NCBI GenBank assembly: GCA_905331295.1
Contig: CAJNYD010000012.1
Location: forward strand, 310,001 to 374,000
Source of the DNA: Rotaria socialis
Taxonomy: Eukaryota
Length of the DNA: 64,000 nt
Direction: 5' to 3'
Numbering within the stretch: the first letter of the stretch is position 1; each line of letters opens with the position of its first letter. Under the pieces are notes generated by a model. It saw only the letters and a program-made list of their open reading frames with translations, was not told the DNA's origin and searched no databases. Of the stretch, positions 27,119-44,100 are shown in pieces. The translations under genes and the position numbers were made by a program.

Positions 27119-30100
27119 ATGTGAGTGCAAGTTGTTTTTTTAATGTTTATTTAGCAATGATTATGATAGTAACTTTTCTTATCAAAGACTAATGTCATAA
27201 TAATCACCATCACCGTAACCTAGTAATATACGATTACGCTTTCCCTCAACGCTTTCCATTGCGACCGTCTATGTGTAGGGTAGAATCAAATTTTAGCATT
27301 TGATAGGAATAGTTTTGTAATAAACAAGATTTTATTTTTTTGAAAAAATTAAGTTAGTATTTTTGAACTTTATTAGTGTAGAAATTTTGATCGGATGCTG
27401 CTGTATGATATTTATCAAATCGTCCGATTGTAGTTGTTTTAGTGCTTGGAAGTTTTCTTTTCTTCGTAGTTACGACTTTATAAATATAATCATTTTCAAT
27501 CCAATAATTTTTGTTTAGGTTATTTATCAATTCATCTTATCGGTTTATTTATTGTGCTCGTTATTATTCAACAAATCATCAGCTACAATGGTCATCATCT
27601 CGTGTTCGTCAAACATTTGTCGATTATTTTACCAGACATTCTCAAATACCTCATATAAATATCCCATCATCAACCGTCATTCCACCAAAAGATGCTGGAA
27701 CGTATTTTGTAAACAGTGGAATGAATCAATTCAGAAGTATACTTCTGTCACACCAGGATAAAGTTTCTCAACAATGTGTTGTTAATTATCAAAAATGTAT
27801 TCGTGTCGGTGGAAAACATAATGATTTATCGGATGTTGGCCATGATACATATCATCATACATTTTTTGAAATGCTTGGAAATTGGTCATTTAATAATTCT
27901 TATTTTAAACGTGAAGCATGTACAATGGCTTATGATTTATTAACAAGAATTTATGGCATTGAAAAAAACAGATTATTTTTTACATATTTTAATGGCGAAA
28001 ACAATCTTATTCAACCCGATTATGAAACCAAACAGATTTGGATGGATTTAGGAATTGATTCAAATAGAATTTTACCATTTGGAATGAAAGAAAATTTTTG
28101 GGAAATGGGTGAAATAGGACCATGTGGCCCATGTACTGAAATACATTATGATCATACAAGTCAAGGAGATCCACTACAAGTTAATAGAGATAATCCGCGT
28201 GTTGTCGAATTGTGGAATCTTGTTTTTATGCAATACGAACGACGACAAGATAAATGTAAGATTAAAAAAGAAAACATAGTGGCTCTACTTTTTTTGTTCG
28301 CGAACAATCGAAGCAGTACGCAACTAAGCGAAACAATTTCTAAGGAAAGAAAAATTCATCGATTTTAGCATGTGAGCTTGATGATACGAAGATCATTCAA
28401 GAATCAAAGCATTCGCGACAGGCGGAATTCATAATAATGTTTTATTTTTCTACTTTCTTTGAACACCTTGATATTAACAGGGTGAAAATTAGTTGTTTTA
28501 GAATTACCCATGATAAATGTTGATTTAATTACGAATAATCCTCAGAGTACAAGTAATAGTTTTCAATGCTGAACCTAGGTTCTTTAGAATCTACGATGAA
28601 AGAAAAGTTCGAAAATATGCTTTTCTATTATTGGTTTTACTCAAATGAAATTTTATATCATACAGAGATAAATATTAATCTACTTTTTTTTAGCTTTAAT
28701 ACCTTTACATAATTTTCATGTTGATACTGGTATGGGACTTGAACGTCTTGTTGCTGTTCTCAATTCATTTGAATCGAATTATGATACTGATTTGTTTACT
28801 CCACTTTTTGATACTATTCATTCTTATTGTCATCCATCATGTTCCATCCCAGTTTATTCTCAAGCAAATAAAAATCAACAATATGCATATCGTTTATTAG
28901 CAGATCACACTCGAATGTTTACAATAGCTATTGGTGATGGTCTCATACCAGAGAAAAAAGGTATTGGAGGCTTACTAAAGAAAATGATTGAACGAGCAAC
29001 ACGTATTAGCTATGAATATTTACATATTGATGAAGAAAATGTTGCTATTATATCTAAATTAATTCCCATAGCAACGCAAATTCTTTCTAAAGCGTATCCA
29101 GATTTGAATGAAAAATTAAATCGTACAATGGAAATTGTTAAATATTGCGAAGTAAATTATATGAAAAAATATAAATTAGCTAAACCTTTACTTGAAAAAT
29201 TTATTCAGGATAAAATTTTAAGTTAGTATTTATTATTTGATATGGATGAGATATCATTTTTGTTTCATTTTAAGAATCAGATTATTTTATATCTGGTGAT
29301 GATATTTATCGTTTATATGCTGGCAAAATTAATCATGTTAATGTACCATTAGAAATGATTGAAGATTATACTCGCTTATTTCCAGCTATTAAATTTGATT
29401 GGTCAAATTTTGAAGAATTGATGCGTGAAGAAACACGTAAAAGTAAAATATTCTCAGTTTATAATAAAACTATGCAAACCAATGAAAATGTATTTCAACA
29501 TCCGACAGATAAAATCTTAGATTTAATAAAACAATGTTCTTCATTGAAACAAACCATTGATGAACCATATAAATATCAAGCTGATAAATCTCTAAATGCC
29601 AAAGTACAATTAATTATTCAAAATAATAATAGTAAAAATCAATTGACTGTTTTTCAATCAATTGATAAAAATTGCAAATATTATATTCTTCTTGATCACA
29701 CTAATTTTTATTCAACTGGTGGAGGTCAAACATCTGATCATGGAACAATTCAATTTTCTAACAATTTAATTTTTCAAGTCGAGTAAGTACTTATGAAATT
29801 CTAAAATTTCAATCCTAAATTCTCTGTTTAGAAATGTGTTTCGTCTTCATGAACATATTCTTCATTATGGCTCCTTTTTAGGAAATGAAAATATAGATGA
29901 TAAAAACGTTGTTTGTCATGTTGATATGAAACGAAGATTAAATTTAAGTAGGAATCATACAACAACACATTTAGTTAATAGAATCTTACGAGAACTACTG
30001 AATGATTCAAATTTAATACAAAAAGCATCCTTAATACATGAAGATTATTTTATATTTGAATATTCATCAATTAATACGAATGCAAATAACAACATTTTTG

Positions 30101-31635
30101 AAGAACTTGAAAAACGTGTAAGTTACTTTGTTTTTTAAATTGATGTTTTAAGATATTTCGTCTAATCTGCATGATCAATGTTTCCTTAGTCGTTTTTGTT
30201 GAATACATTTACTCCTACTTTGTGTACCGTTAAGAAGGTGAAGAATCGATAACTACAATCGTTTTCTAAAGCGCCATTCGGGTGTCTGTGTGTAATATTT
30301 AGATATTTTATCTCGAAAACATTTATATGCTACTCTCAGAAACGTAGGCATATCGTTTCCCATCGATAGAACAAAGTGTAAAAGTAACTGCTTCTCCATA
30401 AATAAAATATTCAATATATCTTTTGAATAAAAACAAATACTGTTGCTATTTCCATTGAAGTGTCATAAAGTCGTTTCGTAAACTCTGCTAATTTAAGATC
30501 ATGACATTTTGGCTAAATCATAATGGAGCTTTTTCGAAAGTGATTAAGTAAACAAATTCTATTTAAATCATACAAATTCTAACACTACTAGAAAGTACTT
30601 GAAAAGATAAAAGTAGCAAATACTTCATTCGACTCAAAAAAGAAAAAACGTTTCAGTGAAGTTTCTATAAATATCTTAAAGATCAAAACGAACTGTATTC
30701 TTTTTTTAAAAGATAATTTCATACTAATGAATAATTTTGATTTACAATTTCAGGTCAATGAAACCATTGATCTCAATCTTCCAATATCAATAAGTTCACT
30801 TAATTATAATTCAATTCGTTCTGATTTGAATATTTATCGTTTGTCTAATGAGCTTTATCCATCCGATGTTCGTTGTGTTAATATTGATGAATCATTTTCT
30901 CGTGAATTATGCTGTGGTACACATGTGTCATCAACAAATGAAATAGAAGATTTTCTTATTGTTCGTGTTGATTCGAAAGGTCAAAGTAATAAACGTCTTT
31001 ATTGTTTAACTGGTTCGTTTGCAAAAAATGCTCGTTATTTATTTGAAAATGATTTTCAAAAACAATTTCATTATCTTAAACAAAATCATGATCAAATATC
31101 TGTCGATGAATTATATAGTCAATGCCGAAAACTACGTGAAATATATCTCGATGAAAAATCATTACTTTTCCCATTTAATCAACGTTCTGAGTATTTAAAT
31201 CATTGGCATAAATTAATGCCCGATAAGAAAATTCTAAGAAAATATTTATTAAATCAACTAAATGAAGATTTAAAGAAAAATTTTATTCATTCAAATGTTG
31301 ATTTACCCATATATGATATTGGCTATATGCTTTTACGTTATGACGATGAAAATAATACACGAAAACATCAACCCTATGTTATCTATATCAATTTTCAGCA
31401 AAGACTGATGATAGTTTATTTGAAAAATCCTCGTCAACGAAGTCAGTTAATTGAAAAAATGAGAAACCAATCTGAAATGAAGATGATAGAAAATTTTGAA
31501 AATTACGATCAACAAACACAAGATTTATTTACTACAACAAAAAAATTAGTTGTGTTTAAACATATTGATAAAAATAGATTTGATAAAATGAATTTTCAAC
31601 AAATATGTGATGAACTTTTTTCAAATGTGTTTTAG
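27119..31635 (+). CDS. AARS2: Alanine--tRNA ligase, mitochondrial
   Basis: FVNSGMNQF, QKCIRVGGKHNDL, HHTFFEMLGNWSF, GPCGPCTEIHYD, ELWNLVF, DTGMGLER; editing-domain motifs NHTTTH and ELCCGTH. Exons 27519-28255, 28694-29221, ~29276-29782, 29832-30117, 30754-31635. Arg/Ser-rich acid-free N-terminus. Start inferred as AT(27119-27120)|G(27519). Confidence 0.9.
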
Positions 31636-31675
31636 ATAAATAGGAAAGGAGAAACTAAACTTTTCTTTAACTTTT

Positions 31676-33724
<2,049 letters not shown>

Positions 33725-35123
33725 TCAAAACTATTCTTTTTTTCCTCTTTTATCTTCAAATTTTTTTGCTCTTGGATCATTTTTTCTGTTTGTTATTATA
33801 TATTAAAGAGATACAAATAAATCGAGAGAAAAAAATAAATTTGAACAATTTTATTTGAAAAATAAGATTTAAAAGAAAATAAATGATAGAGAATAGACTA
33901 GATTTTAGATACATATGATTTTTATTTTGACCAAATGAAATGGGCAAAGAGCCAGAAAAAAACGATTTTCTTTCGTCACTGCATGTTAAGATATATTTTG
34001 TCATGGAAAGTAATTCAATATCGAAATTTACTATCTTCTCTAATCATTTCTTTTACGTCAACACATTGTACTAGTTGAATTTATTCGATAAAAATTCAAT
34101 TATTGTCTTCTTGAAAAACTATTCTACTTACAAACAATCTTCATGTAAATATGTCACAAATTTTAAATTATAAACGAAATCAATATATGTATAGTACTTG
34201 ATTCATAGTCCGTGATTTTGAAAACTTTGATTTATGAAGGAGTGAATCTGACTTTCGAAAACCATATGTTTTCATATATTGACTATGAGAAAAACTATGA
34301 AAGATAATTCGAGTTGACATCTGATTCGGTCAAAGTTATGACTGTTGTAGTAACTTGTTTATCTCTGAATCCATGACTCACGAAAGTCTTCATTGGAACC
34401 ATTACATCCGAACTCTATTTACACAGGTTTGAGGACTATCCAAATATCCGCGAAGTATTCTTCTTAAAATATTGAGAATGCAATAAATATTGATTTAGAA
34501 TGTTTCTAAAGTACCGAAAAATCGGGGAAATTTTAATCTATATGTCATCAATAGGGAATACATTTTAGTTGATGTAGAATAAGAAAAATACTACTCGTGG
34601 GTGATTCCAAAAGTAAGCTGATAAAACAATTTGAACTATATATCTTGTATTCATTGTTCACTAGTTGTCACAATGTTTTCGTTAAATCTGTGTTTCAATT
34701 TTGAAAACTTCAAAATGTATATCTTCGTGTGTTTTTTTCTTCATCAGCTCGCTTGCATTTCAGTTTCGACGTTTATTCACAATTCATAATTGTAAAGTCA
34801 GCTAAATTGCATATACACAATAGAAAATTTTAAACGAATGGCAGATATCAATGATTTTCGAAATTAAAATATATCATGAATTCAGATGTATTTTAGTTTA
34901 TTTTTTAACTGTTTATTCGTAGCAAAGTCTAATTGACTATTTCATCGATGACTAGTAACAAATATCAGTTAAACATGTAGACAATTTCCTTATTGGTAGT
35001 AAGAATTTTTGCTGCCAAACAAGTTTAGAGTCGTAGATATTGAATCAAAAACTGGGAAAAAATTCGATTTTGTGCGTTCTATTTTACATACATTCACCAA
35101 TTATTTTCATTTCAGATAAAAGT

Positions 35124-38100
35124 ATGGAGTTACGTTTATCTCTGATTCGCTCACCTAATTATCCAGATACAATTAATGTTGACGAAGATTTACAAGATTA
35201 TTTTAGTGAACCACGTCAAGTAAAATTAAATGAGCAGATTACAATACGACCTTTGTTACAACCAGGTGCAAATATACTAGAATACGAGATTAATTAATCT
35301 TTTTTTAAATTTAGAATTGAAAGTATATTTTCTTATTTCATCTGTAACAAAAGAAGATGTTCTTGTCTCATGTGATAATTGTCGAATTATTATTGATACA
35401 AAAAAAGTTCGCCAAGAAAAGTTAACTTTAACGTAAGAAAAAAAGATTCTTGATTGAATATTAGTAAATCGAATTTTCTTTTTTTATTATTATCTAAGTG
35501 GTTCTTCTGCAAGTACGGACGAAACAATTGTATTTATTAGTCAACGGTTATGCCAAATGTTTACAACATTTGATTTACAATGGTCAAAACAAATATCTAT
35601 ACCAACCATTCTGTTGCATGGTCTTGATGATTTTAATTCACTTGTTGATTATGCTTGCCGTCAATGTGGTTATCATTGTCATACAGTGCATATCTATTAT
35701 TTTAAAATATATAATATTATCTATTATACGGATAGTTTAGGTATCAAGTCAATTGCTTACTGGTGATTCTGCAACAGCAACCATTAAACGTATTGAACAA
35801 GTTATACAACTTGCAGGGAAATGTACGCCATGTGTTCTATTTTTCAATCATGTAAGATCAATTCTATGATAATTTATGTTACAAAAAAACAAAATTATGA
35901 TAATTCTAGGTGAATTTCTTATGTAAATTAACTGATGTAGAAAATGATGATGCTATCGTAACTAATGGCCTTAGAAGATGCATTCAACATGCCAGATCAA
36001 CATTAATTAATAATGGACCTCTGATTATTTTGGCAGGTGTGTCACGTCTTCATTTACTAAGTGAACAAGTTTTGAGTCTATTCAGTTATACATTATCTAT
36101 TCCAGTAAGATATTTTTTTGTTAGAATTAAAATTCAAAAATAAAACATATTCAAAAAGGCTATTCCAATGGAAATACGGAAACAATGGTTACGTAATCGA
36201 CTTTCGAATATTTCAGTAGCCGATGATTTTAATTATGATCTTGTTTTAGCTCAAACGAAAGGTCAGATGAAATTTTCAAAAAAAAAATTTTTTTTCTTAA
36301 ATTAATAAATTCTGTGGCAGGTTGGCCATTAGCTGAAATTGATCAATTGATTCGATTGACTATTGAAGCTGCATACTGGCGATCACTCGAGTAATATTCA
36401 CTAATTAAATTTAATCTTTTCATTGTCATATTTTTCAATAAATAGATCAGTTGACATGCCAACTATGTTAACCAATGCAGATTTTGAAATCGCATTGAAA
36501 CAAAGTCATGCTTCAAAATTAACTAGTCAACGTAAAGCAATGATACCAAATGTACGTTGGAGTGATATTGGTGGATTAGCTTTGGCTAAAAAAGAAATCT
36601 TAAATACCATCCAATTACCACTCATTCATCCTGATTTGTTTGGTGATTTAGCAAGGTAAGAATTTCCTGCTAATCAATACGTACAGATATGTTACAGTTG
36701 CGATTTAATCGTAACGAAGTTGAAAGGAGACTGAAATTTAACTACGAGTAAAATGATTTAGTTCAAGACAGTAAATCGAAAGCAAATGAAATTTTCTTTT
36801 TAATTTTACAAACTATTACTTTGATTTAAGTATGCAAATTATACAAACTCAGAGATTTTTTTACTCGATTATGAATTTTTCTAAATCCGAACTGTCTAAA
36901 TACAGTCGTCAATAAATAAAAATAATATGAAATGTAACATGCTCCGTGGAAAAAATACATTTTGTGAAGTAAAAAGCAACACTGTATTAAGAGATATGTG
37001 AAATCGTGAACAAACTTTGCGAGCTTACTTGAACGAAGACTATGAAAAAATAAAAATTTGTCATTATTGAAATTAAAGAGTAGTGTACTTCGATATGTCG
37101 TGATTTTCGGCGATTCATCTAACAGATTGTACCGACCAGAGTATCATCCAAGAGTGATGATGATGATAATAATGATTCGAAATTCCTACATATTAACTCT
37201 GGCATGCATACATTCAAGAATAGCTTTCTCAAGACCGAAACCGACATCATAGAGATTTGTTCTTGCGCATCTCTGGTTAAGAAAAATTTTAATTTTAATC
37301 ATAAGCTATGTGAAGTTTTTTACATTTTTTATCAGAACTGGAATTCTTCTCTACGGTCCACCTGGTTCAGGTAGGAAAAAATATTTTTGAAGGAAAACAA
37401 AAACGAATCTTTTATTTTTAGGAAAAACATTATTAGCAAAGGCAGTTGCCACCGAATTTTCTTTAAATTTTTTGTCAGTTCGTGGACCTGAACTGCTAAA
37501 TATGTATGTTGGTCAAAGTGAACAGAATGTTCGTGATCTGTTTGAACGAGCACGTCTTGCATCACCATGTATTTTATTTTTTGATGAACTTGATTCTCTT
37601 GCGCCACGTCGTGGTCGAACATCATCGGATTCATCGGGTGTGAGTGATCGACTTGTATCACAATTATTAACAGAAATCGATCAGCAACAACAAGAACATC
37701 ATATATTTATTATTGGTGCAACGAATCGACCAGACCTTTTAGATGATTCACTTCTACGACCAGGTCGATTCGATAAACTTATTTACATTGGTATTAGTAA
37801 TGATCATAATGATAGAAGACAAATGTTTCAAGCGTTAACACAAAAGTAAAATAAATATTAAAATTAAAAGTACGACATAATTAGTATTAAAAATAATTCT
37901 AGATTTAAAATAGTTGACGAAGAATTCGATGCAGATGCTTTTGTACGCGCATGCCCATTGAACATGACGGGTGCCGACTTTTATGCGTTAGCGAGCGGTG
38001 CTTATCTTAGTGCAATTCGACGACTGATTACAAATAATCAAGAAAAAGACGACGAATATGATCAAATAGTTCATTTAATTGAAAGTGATTTTACTGATGC

Positions 38101-38170
38101 ACTTGCAAATTTTACTCCGTCGCTCGATGAAAACGAAATTAGACAATATGAAAGATTACAAAAATCTTGA
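35124..38170 (+). CDS. PEX6: Peroxisomal AAA ATPase PEX6, apparently short at the N-terminus (~11 exons)
   Basis: [84 protein letters not shown]; degenerate D1 domain; start position uncertain. Confidence 0.9.
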
Positions 38171-41100
38171 TTTGTTTTTAGTTGAATTTGATTAAAATTA
38201 TTAAACAATAAAATTGACTTGATAGCATTCGAAAAGATAATGAATTGTGTCAATATATACGTATATACACATTCGAATCGTATTCATTTATTACTATTTT
38301 TTCCTAGTGTACTGTCTGACATCATTGAGATTAATATTCTACGCTTATGTGAACTTAATTATAGAAAAATGAATGCCGAAATTCAGCGCACCACATGAAA
38401 CTTTTGTCACTAGCAAATAGTTAATAGGAATTTTGAACTGCTGATGATTTATCTTTTATTAGGTAAACAAGAAAATATTGATGACACGACACATATTTCA
38501 ATAGATTTTTATACCTTTTTTTTCTCATCAAATTCATTCTTCTGTAAAAGCAATATTTTAATAAAAGTACAGTGAAAACCGATTCAGCTTTTTGCATGCC
38601 TTGCCAAATTTGAGAAAATGGTACCATAAAAGATATGAAATGGTGAAAATCAGCGTTACAATATTATTGATTTCTCTAATTAGATTTTATTTGCCTCATT
38701 TGACATACATTCAATAAGAAGAAACCGTAGCAAAAGTATCAGTGAGACTATAAATGACATTAATAGTCCTTGACACGCTTCTCGTGTTCTGGGTACCGAT
38801 GGAGTGTTATCTACGTTAAATAATCTTCTTTTCTCATGAGATCACGAAAAAACTAAATCTAGATGAAGGATATGTTTCTCATTGAATAAATAGAATTTAG
38901 TATTGCTTTTCATCTCTGTCATCTCTGTTGTTTTTGTTTTTCTTTATTAAAAAGTCTTTACATGTGATTGGTATCTTTTTTTTCTACGACGGCGACTATG
39001 AATTTAACTGATTTTCTAACAAAGTTCACTGTGTCTAACCTTAGTCGATATCAGTTCTGAGATAAAACGTGAAAACAAAGTTGATGTTTCAGAGAATCTT
39101 TCAGATCGGAAGAAAAGGAATCTGTCATCTAAGCACAACGTTCAATGATAAAAACAGTCGACGATGTCAAATGGATGCATGCTATTGACATGGTGATCTG
39201 TCTTTCATATCCATATTTTAATCTTTCATCTTGTTTAACATACTATTCAGAATGGCAATTGTGTTAATTATGCTACAACGATAAAAACTAATACCATTAA
39301 TTGCCTGTCATTGAATTCAATTAGAATTATACCTCAAGTATCGTGATAGTAATTCACTGTCTACAAATATTGATTTGCATAATAGATGATCTTCGACAAC
39401 GAGCAATGATGCAATAAATCATACACTTCAATTTAATCTTGTTTTCTTGTCGACAGTGCCAATAGAAATTAAAAAAAGAATTCACAATCTTTTTAATTAT
39501 ATTTTCCTACTACGAAGTTACGTTTAATTTTTGATTTATTCTTGATCTATTCTAAATTATGCAAATTAACTCCTTTTTTATTTCTATCATCAAAAGCGTT
39601 TTGCTATTATACATAAGTTTCATATGAATCTTGATTGTGAGACAATAGTAGAATCGGACGAGTTAATATCAAGAAATGAAGTAGCTCTACTCGAATTTGA
39701 AGACATTTTATGATGGCTTTCATACCTTAAACTATCTAAATAGTTATCCATCTAAATATAGTTCATGATGATCGTATGTAATATTTCGTTGGATTCAAAA
39801 CAAAAATCATAATTGGTTAGAAGAGGTCAATCATTAAGAAAGAAAATTACTTTTATATGTAATTAAATCGATATTTGATATTATATGTATGATATCAAAC
39901 TTCAGTCAAATATTTAAGTGAACAAATTGACGAAAAGCAAGGTTAAAATCGATTCGGGTTTTCTTCATACTTGAGCATTTACTAATAATTACAATAAAGA
40001 TAATTCATATATAAAAATTTTTTTTTGTTATCTTGGTTTATTACTATTCTTGATTGCGGTCATGCCTTAAGATATTCGTCACATTCATCAACGTAGTATA
40101 GCATTCGATTTATACATATATCTATCATTAGATATGTAATAATGATATGCAATACTGATCATCTTTAATCATATGGTATCACCGACCTCTGCACTTGTCA
40201 TTGGTTACGGATCAAAGATAACCATATAAGCATTTGAGAATAGAACATTTTTGGGTGATCAATTGATTGCATCATAATTCTTTTTCGGATTGTACAGAGA
40301 GAGAGAGAGAGCAAAAATTCTTTTCTGACAACTTTTATTATTATTATTTTACATTATATGATTGCAAATTAATGTACTATAAGTGATAGATAGATTATGG
40401 ATAATTATCTTTGAATTATGTGTAAAGGGAGTAGACAATCTGCTAGTCGAATCAACTATTCAACGGACTTTAAATGCCTGCTTGTATATTCGTACATGAA
40501 TACACACGTATATGTACATGAGCTATAGCTATGTATACAAATTTATATATACATATGATACAATCGTAAGGAGCTCGTGTGCGTGTGTTCGTCGATATAT
40601 CTATACTGATTTTGATTACGTGTTAGAGAATGACGACGACAAAATGATACATGGTCATTCATAACCGTTTTTTTGAGGTGTACATATATGAAGTAATTTT
40701 GATCGATTTTACACTGTCCGATTTTGTCTTGATCAATTGTATCCGCGTTTACTTTACGCATGCCGACAAAGTTAAATTACAATCTCGATTGTAATTCAGA
40801 TGTCATCATTCAAAGATAGTTACACACGCACATTCATACGTATATACACTGACACACGCAAGTCATTGTTTTATGTCGTTGATTAACAAGTGTAACCAAT
40901 CCACAACTTCAGTCACGATCGATAAGGTTATTACTTTCTTTTCTGTTGACCTTTTCTGTTTTCATACAAACACGAAAGATTGACCAAATATGTGTACATA
41001 GTTTTTGGAATAACCAGAATGAGATTAATCAGACAGACGATGTTTCGTAAAATATTAAATATGTACAAGCAATATTAGATATGAAATAGGTATGAGTAAA

Positions 41101-44100
41101 TTGTGAAGTGAATAGCAGAAATACGTACAATTCTATGAATATTATTGTCTAGAAAAATAATATTCATGGTAATTAGAAAGTTAAATAATCATACAGCCTA
41201 TAATTAACCATTATGATAGAAGACAATTCAAAAGGAAAATAGACATATTATGTCGAGACTATCTTACACATTCATTCTGTTATAAAGAATATAGCGCGAC
41301 CAATCAATCATATAATTTTGAGAATTTTTTGTGTACACATACGTCACACGGTGATGATCGGGGAAGAGTACTTTTATGATAATGTTTATATATGAAACAT
41401 ATGTATAGTGACCGTCTTCTCTTTTTTTTTCTTTTCCGCTGATGTTAGAATAATTTGGCATATTTCTTGTCAAATGTGATATCACTTTTGTAGATAAGTA
41501 TTTCTCTTGAGTGAATGTATATATATATCATTGAAGCATCAGCATGGCAATGATTGTATTGCATTTTTCGTCGTTCTGTACGTCTATTTTAAATATCATA
41601 TTGCTCGAATAGCATTGTCGTATCCCGAAAAATAAATCCTTCTATACATATTCGTATGTTACTGAAGGACGATATAGTTATACTTTATCTTTCTTGGTCA
41701 ATCCATCATGATAAATATGACAATCAATGAATTGGCTAAAGCATAATACTCAGCTAGGCTACCTGACTTGATGTCCTTCAGGTAACAATCATCGAATCTT
41801 GTGCTTGTTATATATACCACGATTAGCCAGCTATATCTCAACCGTCATTGTTGTCCTTGATATTCTTTACGCTTCTCCATTCCTATTATACAAACGAATG
41901 TAACATTGTGTCATTTAAACGATTGAACGGTAACGAATCATTTCATATTATATACCATCATATTGACCTTATTCTACTCTTTCCTAGTTATTATTCTTTT
42001 CTTTTGTATCTATCAACGAACAATAATGGTTTTTTCATTGATACTGCAATCGAATAAGAATTAGCGAGACTATTCTTGGGCAACTGTCATGTATACGGTA
42101 AATGATAAGATTTTTGTCACCGGTTCTATTTTACTATAATACACGGTTGGTATTTAAATAAAGTTGCATAAGATTTCGGAACGTATAATGAGTAATTTAG
42201 AGAAGAAAAAAAGTTCGGTAATATATGTAATAGTCTGAAGACAAATAACAACACATTCTATAGATGTTGATGTTGATGATGATGATGACGACGAAGACGA
42301 CGCGTCTGATCTAATGATAATGGTACTATTCACATTATCGAACGTCGTTATTCATCTCAAGAGATCGTGATCAGTCGGTATTATGAAGTGTTTTTTATTA
42401 CTGACGAAGTTTATACGTGTGTATCTGTATATATTTACATGGATGTAAATATATATATTAGACAACCATTTCTTTTCTTCAAAGTAATTGAACATGCAGA
42501 CTTTCTTTTCATGACTGTTTGTCTAATTAAACAATATTCCCACTCGAAATTGAACTAGCAGAAGTTAACATTATGTGTGTCGATGTACTCTATTGTTCAG
42601 CATGCGCTTTTATGCATTGGATGAATGTTCACATACACAGCTTCTTCCTTTTTCAAGGTTTCAAGTCGTGTGCAGCGTTAACAAATTGTGCTAAAGGCAG
42701 AGCTTTGCTTTTTGAACGTCTTACATCATATATACGCACATATTGTGTACCATCCTTTTTTTACTCCGTCCGGTTTAGTGTTTAATTAACTTTGTTTGCC
42801 CGGTGTACTATTCTTTCTTGTGTATGGATGTAATTGCAAGTTTATTACATACATACATACATACATATATATTGTACTAGTGTTAGTAGTAGCTACTAAA
42901 TATATGTCCACGAGTGTGCGAATAAAGAGAAGGGTATATATATATATATATAAATACTTGTGTTTTCTATCTAACAATTAAGTAAGGCACTTATGGATGA
43001 GCATAAAAGAGCTGACCAAACATAATAGAAATCAGAGGATGAAATCACCTTGATCTATCACATGATAATGGTGATGGAAAAAAGATGATTTGCTGTATTT
43101 CTTGCACTTGAACGACCGTAAGGGGAAAAAAAGAAAATTTATAGGATATACAAACAGATAGGAATGATGATCTGTACATATTTATATATATATACGTATA
43201 TACATACATCATACTGATCAATATTAAGAAGAATTTTTCTTGTATGTGTTTTGTCTCGCCGATTTTGTCTTTAACATTTTGTAAGCATAACGAGTAGATA
43301 ATTAGCTGATGCCGTTCGTCGCCCGCCTCAAAATGGCTTTCTCATGTGTTCATAGTGGTTAAACAGCTGTAGACAATCATTTGCTGACTGTTCACGAGAA
43401 GAGTTACCGCCTTACCGCCGGCGCGACAAAGAAAACGAACGAATAACGGCACCAGCAGTCTGTCTATGTCTGTTCGCTCAATTATTGAGCACATCAATGA
43501 TGTGTATGAATGTTCGGCAGTGATGACGACATTCGTATTGTTTGTTTATGCTCGATGAAACAGTTTTCTTTTCTTTTTCTTTTTATACTGCCCGCAACCA
43601 CTAAGAACAGCGTAGCGTTTTTTTAAGACTGGATTAAGATTGTTTACATTTTTTTCTTTTCTTCTTCTTATTATGAAATATTTAATTCAAAACAAATGAG
43701 AATATATAGTATTTTCTAGTCATAGTTCATGAACTTTATCTTATCGAATATTCCATACACACGCACTCTTTATTCATCTTCTTTCTCTGCCTCTCGAATA
43801 AACAATCGCCTAATCAGGGCATTTGCTCTTGTTGACCATTAAAAGCTTACTGTGACCATGCGTCACTCTAATGGATTGCCCTCCTCTTCGCTGCACTTCT
43901 TTTTCTTTTTTTAGTGTTGTAAATGATGATTACATGTTATATCTGCGAGAACAGATAATGTATAGCTAGACATAGAACATTACGACTGTCATCACAGATT
44001 GAACAAAACTGTCGCCATTGGAATAATGATTTTTCATAATTTACTGATGACGCAGATGATCTTTTCTCGTAGACATTCAGCTAAGAAGTGATGACACACT

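Noticed and set aside
42983..43002. TAAGGCAC miR-124-like seed
   Set aside because: The rest does not match miR-124 and no precursor hairpin is evident.
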